This document shows, piece after piece, positions 49,960 to 62,649 of a DNA stretch of 64,000 bases. The stretch spans positions 16,120,001 through 16,184,000 of the forward strand of contig JAQFVV010000004.1 in NCBI GenBank assembly GCA_028023455.1. Reading direction: 5' to 3'. The position numbers and the translations under genes are program-made. Positions within the stretch are counted from its first letter, which is position 1. Each line of letters begins with the position of its first letter. Source of the stretch: Epiperipatus broadwayi. Lineage: Eukaryota; Animalia; Onychophora. Below the pieces are notes generated by a model. It saw only the letters and a list, made by a program, of their open reading frames with translations, was not told the DNA's origin and made no database searches.

Positions 49960-51720
49960 TTCAAGACAATGATTATTCATATCTATAATATATTTCTTCA
50001 GAGAATTTCACGCCACAATAGCATTAGCAGTTTGAAAAACTAAAATAAAAATTTTTATGGTTGAAACTTAGCATAAAAATAGTAGTTGCTTCTTAACTGG
50101 TATTAACTTTCTTACCAATATTTGATGAAGATTTAGTTTTACTTGAAATTTCTGCATTAATTAGTATAATTTTACATAAAATATCCCATAATATAATAAA
50201 CAATTCCGTTTAATAATGATATGGTTCAGAAGTGAGAGTTTAAATGTCTAAAAATATAGAAAATATGCGATACATTGTGGACAATGGAATTTGCATCACA
50301 GATAGATATGTCATTGTTTGTAGATAATATTTATAAAAGAATAAAGTTTTGAGAAGTATTTACTATTTACAGATATCTGGGAACAGATGTAAAAGGTGAG
50401 TCTTTATTTCATGTTATCAAGCAATTTTTTCAAGACAAAGAAATTTCACTTACAAATATAATAGCTATGCAATTGGTGGAGTCCATAAATTATAGAGTAC
50501 TGTAGGAGCTTTAAGATTTATGTTAAAAACGTCATGCTAAATATGATTACCATACAATGAATCATTCACCACAGAGATTTAATTGCAATAAACATAATAC
50601 TGTCAATTGTAGAATTATTTTCAAATTGTAATTTAGCAAATTGCATTGCACCCTCTAAATATTTTTTTTTGTAAACTTTACTCTGAAAATAATGAAGCTT
50701 TTAAATGATTATCACTTCACACTTAAGTTTATTGGCTATCAGAGGGTAAGTATTTGAAACAATTTTTTAAATTCTTTAATAGCATTGTCAAGTGTTTGGA
50801 AGTATGGAGGGCTGTCTCAGTAATAAAGTTGAAAGCTGGTATTATACACATCATATTTGTTTGCTAAATTTAATGAAATTAAAGGGGATTTGAACACAGA
50901 CTTTCAAGATCCCTTCATCCTATATAACTGATACATATGATGTCATACATGTGAAAAAGATAAATGAGCTCCAATATATGTGTGCGAGATGATGATGTGA
51001 TCAACTGATGAATGCTGGTTTAGCATGAAATATGTTATTAAAGATCATTTATCTTTTTTACATGTATGTGGCCATATCTATTGGTTATATAATGGAGTGG
51101 ATAGTTGAAGGAAGCTTGAAAGTCTGTGTTCAAATCCCCTTTAATTATATATAAGGTTCAGTATATTTCAATATACTTACATTTAAATATTAAATTTAAT
51201 GAAATAAGTTTACTATTAAAAAGACAAACATAACTCTTTTTGAAATCTCAAATATTGACTTTTATGTCAGAATTGATGCTCTTTAAATGTAACATAGATT
51301 ATATGAATTATCAATTTCCAAATTTGTTGGAAAAGTAAAACGAAATAGCTGATAGTACATTAATGGAGGTGGGGGGGGGGGTCATTCACTTATAAAAGTT
51401 GCATGATGCTATGAAGGAAAGATTTGAAGTCCTTAATTTAGTAGTTTATTTGAATAATAAATCCATAAATAAGTATTGAAAGAATTAAGTGAATGTTTTA
51501 TAGAGCAAGAATTTATTGAGCAATAAAATAATATTGAATTAAAACTAAATTTTAATAATTCTTATCCAGAGTTTTGGTTATAGAAGAAAATTTCACAATA
51601 TTATCCTGCAGTATGAATATTTGTTTACAAATTTCTAATATCTTCCAGCACCACATTTAGTCATACATTATTTTAGTGCTCTATTACAAATTTTATCCAA
51701 ACAAAAAAATCATACATAAA
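49960..51720 (+). pseudogene. Decayed hAT (Buster/ZBED5-like) transposase, interrupted by a family D element
   Basis: Fragments TDVKGESLFHVIKQFFQDKEISLTNII, an HTEVRWLSRGK-like LHT*VYWLSEGK, and an FPSxYL-like C-terminal motif near 51645. Confidence 0.6.
50880..51190. mobile_element. Family D palindromic insertion (older)
   Basis: Inverted repeat. CTGATGA-atgct-ggttt-agcat-GAAA at 51005-51030. Tail on the right. 15 bp TSD taaatttaatgaaat (50865-50879 / 51191-51205). Confidence 0.8.
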
Positions 51721-52605
51721 TTGTTAAATGTGAAATTTATGACTTTTGTTTATGGCTATTGAACCTAATATTATTAAATTATAAATAAAAAGTAATACTG
51801 CTTTATATATGTAAAAAAATAGTGATAACATTGAATATACATTAATGCACATTTGGGTTTGATGCCTTTGGAAATGGTGTTCAGTACTGAAAATGAATTA
51901 AAATTATATTTAATACTTTCAATATTTTACTGTTTACAAAAATTAGTAGGTTTTCATTAAGTTCAAACTTTACATTAAATATTATAAAACAGAAATTGAA
52001 TATTGTGCCAAAATTATTATCAAGTGATATTTAGATAAGTTAGATTGGTATTTATTTATGTTTTATTCATGTTTCCATGTAAAGCATTTATTCATAGATT
52101 GATTTTTACTAATAAGTATGAAAAATGTCAGAAAAGATAAATACAAAGTTTTTTTGATAATTGTTTTCATAAAGTATTTTTATCCTATATTTAATTTTTT
52201 TTAAAAAGTATTATATTAAAATAAACCTCTGTTATTGATTAAAATAAATTATTAATATTTAATTAGACTTCAAAAAAATTTGTAATTTTTAGCAATGTTG
52301 TTTTTCAGCATATTTCCTTAAATGGGAGGTAGAACTAAAATAGTTACATATTAAGAATGAGTGGTGAGAATATTTTGGGTCAAAAAGGGAACAGTGGTAT
52401 AAAAAAGATTGAGAATAATTGATCTAGATAATACTTATTTTTATACCATAATATAAAAAATATTTAATGAATAAATAAGTAGAATAAATAAGTAGAGATA
52501 ATTTTTTTATAGTAGTTGCTTTTATTTACTATACACTAAAAAGTAAAAAAATAATTGTTTCTTCAACCACATTTTGGTATTTTTAGATTTAGCTTGAAAT
52601 AAACG

Positions 52606-52692
52606 CACAGGGGGGTGTCCAGAAATTAGTTAAGTCAATCCCCATTTTTCATAACAAGAGATTGACTTAATTAATTGCTGAATCCCATGCAC
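52606..52692. repeat. Small imperfect inverted repeat, possible Tc1/mariner MITE
   Basis: aattagttaagtcaatc / gattgacttaattaatt. The start resembles tacagggtgtcc. Confidence 0.45.
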
Positions 52693-52867
52693 TTTTATTT
52701 CACATTAAATCTAAACCCCAATTGTAGTTGAAGAAACTTTTTTTTTCTTTTTAGGGGAGCATGGTAAATAAAAGCATTTACTATATAATATTGTTATCTC
52801 TATTTATTTTTAACTTTTTAGTATAGGTGCAGTAAACAAAAATATAAAACTATATTGTATTTTAAAT

Positions 52868-53417
52868 CAGTGATCTTCAATTTCACACCTGCGAACCGGT
52901 AAAAATAAGGATATGGTTTCACGGACCAGCAAAAGTAATGATAAGGGCTCACGGACCGGCAGAAGTCTATAGATAAATTTTCTTAAAGATTAAAACTGCT
53001 TAGCCTTAGATGAACATAATTGTTATAACTGATCAAAACAATAATGTTAAATATATAAGATGAAGTTTTATATATATATGGAGTTTGTATAATAAAAAAC
53101 TTTTTTTTTTAAATTTTGAATTTTTTTAGAAAAATAATAAAAAATTTAATTCTACCCTACCCCAATAAACATCTATGATAACTAGAAAAATAAATTAATT
53201 TATGTATGATTGATTAGATTTTGTTTTCATTCTGTTTTTTTTTTTTTTCAATTGGGTAAAAATGAGTTGAAAAAATAAATAAAAATTATTTATATTAATT
53301 AAAAGTTTAAACTCTTATTATTTTGTTATTACAAACTTTGCTTCCGGTCTACTGTGGACCTGTAAAAAATTTCTGCGGCCTGGCACCGGTCTGCAGATCA
53401 AGAGTTGAAGACCACTG
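52868..53417. mobile_element. hAT (Buster/Charlie-like) MITE
   Basis: TIRs cagtgatcttcaa / ttgaagaccactg. Near-matching 8 bp flanks ttttaaat / ctttaaac. Repeated subterminal gaccgg motifs. Confidence 0.85.
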
Positions 53418-53865
53418 CTTTAAACCAACTTGATATTTATAGTTTAGATGTATATCACTAGTTATTTCTCCAATAAATTAATGTATATGCCCCATATATA
53501 ATATCATATTTTATATGTGTACATAATTATATATTATTAAAAATTTGTGGTTTTGAAGCAAATAACTTATTTAAAAGTTCTTTTAATATTAAGGGTATAC
53601 GGAGTGTAAGTGGAACTGTGGGTAATATTTAGTTTAAATATGTTATTTTGTAGTGCTTTACACTTGAGAAGTTTGTGTTTTAGAGTTTATATTTTTTGCC
53701 TAGTTTAAGGTAATTTTGATTATAATTATATGTGTATTTAATAAATTGTTATTTGGCTTAAAATATGAAAATATTCTTTGAAGTGAAAAGTATTTGAAAT
53801 TTTTGCTTTTGATTGGAAATTTAAAAAAAAAATGCTTACCAACATCACTTAATATATATGATTTA

Positions 53866-54300
53866 ATTTCTCTGCCCAGTGGTTCAGATCTAAAAAATTA
53901 GGTTACCTACCTAAAATATTATAGTGCCTTATTGCTTTGGTAATGATTTAGAAGAAATATATCAAATTTCAACAAATTATAATTAAGTCTATTAAACTTT
54001 GATTTTAAAATGTTATAACTTTACTCAATCTTTCAATTAAAACCCAAAACATCTCTATATTGCCCTCTAGTGGCATTACTTAAAACATATTGAATTTCTA
54101 ATAATGACTTTTAAATTTAATATCAAAATATTCAAAATTTCCTCTGCCTAGTGGTCTAAAAAACTAGATTACCTACCTAAAATATTATAGTGCGTTATAA
54201 TTTTGATAGTGATTTTAAAAAAATGTACCAAATTTCAAGAAATTATATTGAATTTAAATCTATTAAACCTTGATTTTAAAATGTTATTGTACCTTAAATA
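53866..54300 (+). repeat. Degenerate ~270 bp tandem duplication
   Basis: ctctgcc(c/t)agtggt...ttacctacctaaaatattatagtg...ttgattttaaaatgtta occurs twice. Confidence 0.8.
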
Positions 54301-56881
54301 TAAAAGTGTTTACAAACAAATAAAATAATCAACAAACAGATTATAACTTAAAAGCATTTAAAAAAAAAGAAAAATGTTAAAACTATATAAATTAAATAAT
54401 ATGACTTTAAAATAGAAATCTAAAATAGAATTTAAAAATTTGAAGTAATTTTTTAAAAAATCATTCAAAATATTAAGTACAATGAGAACTCTAAAGTCAT
54501 TACAAAAATGCAGTAACATGAGTTTAGATACATATATGAGTGTTTATTGTTTATTTGTAGACCATCAATTTGTTTTTTTAATTACACTGTAACCATTAAA
54601 AATTTTTAATTGTTCATTTCCATCCTTGATTATCAAATTTTTCCACATTATTGAAAAATGGTTTATCAACTCATCTTGGTTCTACCAATGCGATGACAAT
54701 TTTTTCAATAACAATTCACCAGAAATATTAATAAAAGGTATGTGGTGCAAAACCCATTTATAATTGTTCTATTATGCATAGTATGATAGATAGTTCCACT
54801 ATAAGGTGCTAAAATATATTGTTCTACAAGAATTAGATATTTAATTATTTTTTGTCTATTTATTTGGATTTATAAAGAGCACACATTATCATATCAAACT
54901 GCCTGCTGATAAAAATTATTTGATTGTTGTTTTGCCAACTCTTAACAAAAAGTATTTAGTTTTTCATGTATTTAAAAGTCGATATTAAAAATACAATATA
55001 TATTGTTAAATTATTCTAATATTATAAAATATACAGAATATTTATATATTTAATGACACAGTGCTATGCATATATAATAGAAATAGACTTTTTCATATGT
55101 TATTAATATAAATGTAAACATCCATTTTCTCTTTGCCAGAAGTCTTGTAAGAATTTAGTGACCATGTGTTCTACTCCTCTAGCTGTTAAAAGATTGAGTA
55201 TCTGACTTATAGTGGAATTTAGGGCAAAATTCAAAACAGATGCAATCATGGCGTTATTAATTTGAAATTATAGCCTATATATCATTTTAAAAACCTTATG
55301 ATTAATCAATATAATTAAATTAATTATAAATATTTAATAAACATAACACTAAATATATGGTGTATGTGTGTAATGGAAGTGAAAACAAACGACCTTTCTA
55401 TTGCTGGCAATATAAATGCAACATTGAATTTTATTTATATGTGTGTGTGTTTTGTTTGTGTTTATGAATTATTTAGAATTGATTTGTATTAATTAATCAT
55501 AGGATTCTGTGACTCTGATCTGTGATATCACGTTTATATCAGGTTGGAGTTTGAATTTCGTTCTAACTACAGGAAATCAATCCTTATAACACATGGGGCA
55601 AAAAATAAATAAATACTTTACTTTTGCAAATTTTTTGGCAAAGAGATAGTGGGTATTATATAAAGATTGACAGCACATGGAAAAATAATCTATTTTCAAT
55701 TCTATTACACACATATATGTATGTGTGTACACCATATGACAATAAATTTTAAATTTAAAGTATCTGGCAAAATCATTTCTTTTTAATATATACATTTGCA
55801 GTTTTGCATGACAAGTAATGTAATTTTAGAGTATTTTTTTATTGATTTTAAATTTTTTTAAAAACTTTGTTTATACTTCTAATATCATTTTAGAATACTT
55901 GAAAACTTTCAAAAATAATTTTAAAAAAATATTCTAAACAATTTTAGAAATGATCAAAATGCTCATAATTTATTTAAAATCATAATAAAATAATACAAGC
56001 TTAAACAAGATTGTCATTTGCATTCTGTTCCTCTCAAATAAGTAAAGGGTAGCATAGCAGATGTGTCAATTCAAAGAGTTTTTTATTCATTTCTAGTGAT
56101 ATGTTTGGATGAGCTTATAAATAAATGAAATCCAAAAGTAAAGTTTGATAACAATTTCTAACAAAACGAATGAAAGGCAAACAGCCAGCAAATATTGGTA
56201 TGCTTATTACCAGTAATCCAAATACTTGTTATTCATAAATTTCTATTATCTAAACAAAATATTAAAGTGCTTTTAACACTTTACAGTAAATAATTTAATC
56301 GTAGACACATTTACAAACAAAATTAAGAAAAGGAAAAACAATCAATAAATACTTATAAATTAGTAAACAAAATTGTAATGATTACCTAAGCAGAATTAAG
56401 AGAGAGTGAAAAATCTATGTTAGAACCCCAAAATTTCATAAATCTGAAACTCCCCTAAAAGAAGGGATTTAGGATTAATAGTGTTTTATCTGTACTAAAA
56501 ATGACACCGAAATAAAGTTCTATCATGAATTTATTAAATTGTAAATTCTTTTAAATAGCAGTACTGTTATAATTACCAATGGCCATACAGAAGATTAAAG
56601 CAATATTATAATAGTATTAATCACTGAATAACTTCCTAGTATACTATCCAATATCAAAATTATCTACATATTAAATGAAAATGAATAATTTTCATTTATT
56701 TTCAAAACTTTTATAGATGCAAGAACCAACTACTACACCAGAAAGCATGAATTTCAGTGAAAATATCCACAGTCTCATTCAAATCAGCTTATAATCTAAT
56801 TTACAAAGGCTGAGTTAATTACTATTCATTTTACAATATTCATATAGGAACTTAGAAAATGAATGAATATGATTAGTTTTA

Positions 56882-57119
56882 CATCACATGATCACCTTTC
56901 CTATACTAGCACATTAATTGTTGCATTAGATCCTAAGATCTAGATGCAGTGCTCTCAGATCCAAAGCTCCTCACTGACGAAGGCCACAAGCCAGAAACTA
57001 GTCTGGGGATATTGGATGAGTAGGCATTAGATGGGGATTTTATGCACAAGCCTTCTGGCATCCATTGATTACTCTGTTTAGCACAGGTGGCAATACTGTA
57101 TGGAGAGTTTTGCTCTGTT
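56882..57119 (+). mobile_element. Family A Penelope-like hammerhead element
   Basis: Inverted tail plus a ~200 bp direct segment. Core CTGACGA at 56974. 14 bp TSD tatgattagtttta (56868-56881 / 57120-57133). Confidence 0.87.
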
Positions 57120-58074
57120 TATGATTAGTTTTATTAATTAAGTAAATAACTTTGACATTGGAGAACAATGCATTAATATGATCTGCATTTAGAAGTTATC
57201 TCTTTGATTAATATTATATACTAAATGCTTTCAAAGGTCTGCTTAATTAGGTTTTATCATTATAATATTAACTAATTGATCCAGTAATAAATATGCTTTA
57301 GAGGAAGCAACATTTTTTTCCGAATTAAAGTATCATTAGCTAAGTATTAAGAATAAATTAATTTTATGATGAAAAGATGATCATTCTCAAATATAATATT
57401 GTATTTTTCTTTTTTTTATTATCAAATTTTACATGCTTTGTAAAAACTTATAGAAGCATTAGTGAAAACCAAACTTGCTTAAAAATTTATATATCATATT
57501 GGTTCAAAAGTTGGTCCAAAAATGAAATAAGTATTAATTTTTATAGTATTTTATCAAGGGGAGGGTGTTATAAAACCAAAATATTAGAAATTGAGCATTC
57601 ATATTATGAAATACTTGATTGGCATCAAATCTTAAAGAAAGGTGGTCAAACTAATCATTAAATTGAAAGCATATGAAAAAAATTAACAATTCTGAAGTAT
57701 TATGTGTATACTAAGAAAGTAAAAAAAAGAATGATTAGTGGGTTTAATAAGAGAACTTCCAACTAGACGAAGGCTAGTGAAACATCAGCTACATGTATCG
57801 TACAGTATTATCAGCTGGTACCTATTTATTGCTGATTCTTAAAGACATGGGTGTTGAGTGAGGAAATATCGAATATAAAAAATTTGGAAGACTTATACAG
57901 TACTTTTCAATGATTTTTTTTTCTTACTTCACAAATGTTTTCAAGCTTTCAATTGAAGTTCAAAGTACTAATCAAGAAAGAAACTTTACAAAAAAGCCTA
58001 TTCATTTAAATTAATTCAGTTATAATTATAAATTTATTTAAACACACATTTATTACGTAAGCAATATTTATTAA

Positions 58075-58225
58075 GGCTGTAGCCTCAAGCACATGCGTAT
58101 AAAAATGCGATAGTAGGGACTTCTACAAGTTCCCCTCTTTTCTTCCAAAGAGTAAGCTTGTGGTTTAAGACCTGTAGAGGTCCCTACTATCACATTTTTA
58201 TACGCATGTGCTTAAGGCTACAGCC
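58075..58225. mobile_element. 151 bp MITE with ~55 bp TIRs and TTAA flanks (Kolobok- or piggyBac-like)
   Basis: ttaa|ggctgtagcc...ggctacagcc|ttaa. Confidence 0.85.
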
Positions 58226-58988
58226 TTAATTAATTCAGTTAGTAAATAAGCTAAAATAGTGGAAGATTATTATTGGATTTCAAAACAAGATAATTACTTA
58301 TTTTAAAATATTATTCATATCTATTAAGCAGCCATTCATGAATTTGATCACTTAATAATGATAGTAGCAATCAAAAAGTAATGATAAACAGAACAGTACT
58401 CATGAAACAATATGAATCATCAGATCTTCAGACAAATAGCCAATATTTTCTAGACATATGACCATTTTTCATAAGAGTTGTACAATTTGGCAATAAATTT
58501 TTATGTAAAATACAGTATGCTATAAATAAAAAATATTTAGCATTTATTCATAATGTAATAATATATTATAGAAAAAACTTTATAGTTGAAATATTGCTTA
58601 CTTTAATAAGATTTCTGAATCTGTTTTGCTCTCACTAGACAGATAAAACCATGTTTTTTTTATATCAATTTTATTGACGATTTTTATAAAGAATAAAACT
58701 TTAAGATTTACAAAAGATAAACAACTATAAAATGAAAGTTAAAACAATTATGGACTCATCCTGGATAAATCATCTTTAGATTTGAAAGCATGACTATCTT
58801 TATAGACTCAGACGTGATCAATTTGAATTATTATTATTATTATTAAAAATTCTTTTTTTATTACAATATTATTTTACAAATCTAGTCTTATTTTTTATTC
58901 ATATAATCAAGGATTCACTACACCAAATTTAGTCCCTCATTGCTCTATCCTTGTGTGCACCATAAATTGGTCATCTTTACATTATGAC

Positions 58989-59105
58989 AACTAGTCTGGG
59001 GATATTGGATGAGTAGGCACTAGATAGGGATTTCATGCACAAGCCTTGTGGCATCCATTGATTACTCTGGTTGGTATTGAGTATGTGGAAAGTTTTGCCA
59101 GTTTT
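58989..59105 (+). mobile_element. Family A 5'-truncated 3' segment
   Basis: Starts at aactagtctgggg and ends at the usual gttttgccagtttt. No tail seen. Confidence 0.8.
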
Positions 59106-59199
59106 AATAATGATAATATCTTATTATTAATAGAAATATCTTATTTCAAATAGCTATTTTCAATTAACAAAAATATATAAAAATAATATACTAAGAAGT

Positions 59200-61980
59200 C
59201 ATCATTTTCAACCATTAACAGTCTCTCCAATTTCAATCCATCTTCTCTGATCTCTAGTCTCTCATCTCCACATCACTGCAGCATACTTCCTTATTTTATC
59301 AATCCATCTCATATGTGGTTTCTTCTAGATCTTTTACAATCTCTTGTAATCAAGTTTGATTTCAATTGTCCATCTATTATCATCTCTTCTAGCAATATGT
59401 TCATCCCAATTCCACTTCAGATTTTTAATTCTTTCAATGATATCAGTAATATCTGTTTATTCTCTTACTCTTATATTGCATTTTTGATCTCTTCTTGTTA
59501 CCCCTAACATGCATCCTACCATACTTCTTTGAGTGATCCGAAGTTTCAGTATTGCTCTTCTATTAAGTGACCAAGTCTCAGATCCATAAGTAAGAACTGG
59601 TAAAACACATTTATTAAAAATCTTCTTTTTCAAACAAAATAGACATATTTTCTTTTAATATTAAATTATTTCTACCAAAAGCACTCCAACTAAGTTTAAT
59701 TCTACTATTAATTTCATCCATTATGTTTCCATCTGCAGTGATAATTTGACTAAAGTATTTGTAATTGTTAACTTCTTCTAACTCATCATTATCAATCTTT
59801 ATTTCCATCTTTTAAAAAAATCCATTGAACATTATTTTAGTCTTTTCAACATTTACTTTTAATCCTTTTTTTTTCCATCTTATTACTTGTGCAACATTTC
59901 CTAAAGCTCTAAAGCATTATTTGCAAAAGCAACTACATCATCTGCAAAAAAAATCTAGATGATTTAAATAATATCCATTTACTTTTACTCCCTTAGCTTT
60001 CCATTTTAGCCCACCAAACACTTTTTTCAAAACTAATCTAATTGTTGCTGTTGTATTTTTATTAATATTCTTCAGAATATGACAATATCCTGGATCTATA
60101 CCTAGATGATCTAATGCTTTAATCACTGAAGAAATGCTTATAGAATCAAATGCCTTTTTATAATCTACAAATCCAAAGCATAATGTCAGTTCAGATTCAT
60201 TGGTTCTTTTTATAATTTCTCTCAATACTTGGATGTGATTAATTATACTGAAACCATTTTTAAATCCAGCTTGTTTTTTTGGTTGGTTAAAATCCAAAGT
60301 TTGCAGTAGGTGAGTTGTAATTACTTTGGTAAAAATTTTTAGTCTGTAATTTTTAATATTTTCTTTATCACCTTTTTAAAATATTAATACTGCATTCTTC
60401 TAATCATCTGCTACATCTTTATCATTTAAGCACTTAGTATTTAACTTTGTCAAAAAATGTTCTGTTTCTTCACCTGCTTTTTTTTAAGATATCAATTATA
60501 ATTCCATCATTACTTTGTGCTTTTCCCTTTTTCATAAATTTAATTGCATCTCTCACTTCTTCATTTAAAATGCTAGAAAATTTAGAAGTCGTAATAGTTA
60601 TAAGAGGTACGGTTCCATGTTTTTTATTGCTATATAATTTTTGATAGAACTCTTCTATACATTTCATGATGCGATCTCTGTTTTTAGCAATAGTTTTATT
60701 TATTTTTCTTATTGCAGAAATAAGTTTACTATCAATACCAAGATGTTGATTTATACTCTTGAGACTTTTATTTACTTCTACAGCTTTCCTTGTTAGTTCA
60801 CAATTATACTTTCTTATCTCATTATCAATTCTTTTTCACACCACTTTACAAAATTCGAGGTATTCAATCCTTCTTAATGCATCATTTTTATATATTTTCA
60901 TATTCCTTTTTTTCTTCATAAATTGTCTTGTGTCTCTGAAGAAATTTTACTGATCAGTTACTGCTTTTTTGTTCCAGCTATCTTTGTTGTTATTTTTAAA
61001 AGTGTCAGTTATCTTCCTAATGAATTTCTTCAAATCAGAATCATATTCAAAATCTATTCATATTTGATAATGATTTGCAAGTTCTAATTTAAATTAATTG
61101 GAATATTTTTGAAGATTAGGAATATCAATGTGAACATTGTTTTTTTAATAATTTTTCTCTCTCTAGTTTTACATTAATATGTAATCTTACATCTTACTAA
61201 TTGATGATCACTTCCTATGTTGAATTTATTAAGAACATTACAATCTTGAAATACATATTTTCCTTTAGTCAAACTATAATCCAATTCTGCTGCACCTTCA
61301 TTTGGATGTTTTCTTGTCCATTTGCATTTAACATTTTTCTTAAAAAAAGAATTCATAATATAAAGTTTTTATTTTTTTCTGCAAACTCCACAAGTCTATA
61401 TCATTTTTATCACCATAACAAATTTGCCTATAGCACTTTCACCTTTTAATTCTGGCATTAAAGTCTCCCATGACAATTTTAAAATATTGTTGGGTCTGAT
61501 CAAAAACTTTTGTTCATCCATATAAAAATCCGTTACTTCTTCATCACAATGAGGACTTGTTGGGGCATAAATCTGAATTGTCTGTATTTGATAATTGCTA
61601 TTAAGTTGAATAACTAATTTTGCCATTCTGTCCAACACATTATCAACCTCCACAATGTTGTTTTTCCACTTTTTTATTTATAATGAATTCTACTCCACTT
61701 GTACGTCCAATATTTGTACCTTTGTAGTATTGTACATGTCCACTTTTTAAATTAATTTTCTTTTCATCTTTTGTGTTAACTTCAGGAAGTTCAATAATGT
61801 CCCCTTTAATATGAGACAGTTCTTGCAAGAATCTTTCTTCACTTGAAAGTGATCTGCAGTTGTAAGTACATAAATAAAAGGTCATCATCAAATGGCAGCC
61901 TGGGTCCACAGTCAGGAGATTCTTTGCAGCCTCTGGCTTGGCTGGTGCATTTACAGCCTCCTGGGAATAAGGACCATAAT
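59200..61980 (-). mobile_element. Second RTE LINE copy, decayed, including the ORF N-terminus
   Basis: Colinear with 53-2887, with many stops. Internal deletions remove the GVRQGD and part of the YRPISL regions. The N-terminus is ...LLTVDPGCHLMMTFYLCTYNCRSL. Confidence 0.92.
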
Positions 61981-62649
61981 TTATTTTTATCTCTCATGAT
62001 TGTAAACACATATAATAGAAAAAAAATTCATTCACACACATATTCATTCTGCCTTTAAAAAAACTCAACTGATAATTCAGTTGAGAGTCATCAGACAGCT
62101 GAGAAGAAAGATAATACTGTTTCTTGATCTTAAATTCAGAGGTAAAAAAATCAACAAACTCACCATACTGGCTGAAGCTTCTTGGTGATCAATCCATTTA
62201 TGTTCATATACTCTATGAATAATCACATAATAATAACAATTGCATTGACAACAACATATAGAGTGGACATTTAGGAATTTGCCCTGCTCAGTTTCTTTGT
62301 CTCCAAGAGGAATCAAAGAACCTCTTTCAGTTAACAGCAAATTCCTTTCTGCAGCCATACAAAGAAATATTCATCATGTCAAACATTTGTTTTGTAGAAG
62401 AAATTATGTTGACAATTACAAAAAATGTATGATGATAAATAAATGTTGAAGAATAGATAAAATAACAGAAATAATCTGTGGCATTTGTTAATATGGTACA
62501 GATTTACAATTTGCATCAATAGTTGCTTATATTCTAAGTGGAATGATACAAAATTTTAAGTGTGTAGAGTTATATCAAGTTTTATGAGAGATGTTTGTGA
62601 AATATATCAACTTCTTATTTACTTTTGTTACTATAAAATAACATTTATT

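Noticed and set aside
4264-57133. Reading the palindromic elements as ordinary MITEs
   Set aside because: TSDs are 10-16 bp and variable, one arm always has an extra tail, arm length varies per copy, and many copies have no inverted arm. The true MITEs here have fixed 4 or 8 bp TSDs.
3890-57661. The many 60-110 aa ORFs in the track
   Set aside because: They are low-complexity F/I/L/K/N-rich products expected from AT-rich DNA, show no recognisable domains, and several overlap repeats.
62064-62094. CTGATGA (minus strand) next to a 9 bp hairpin as another hammerhead
   Set aside because: No GAAA follows the hairpin and there is no stem I or III.
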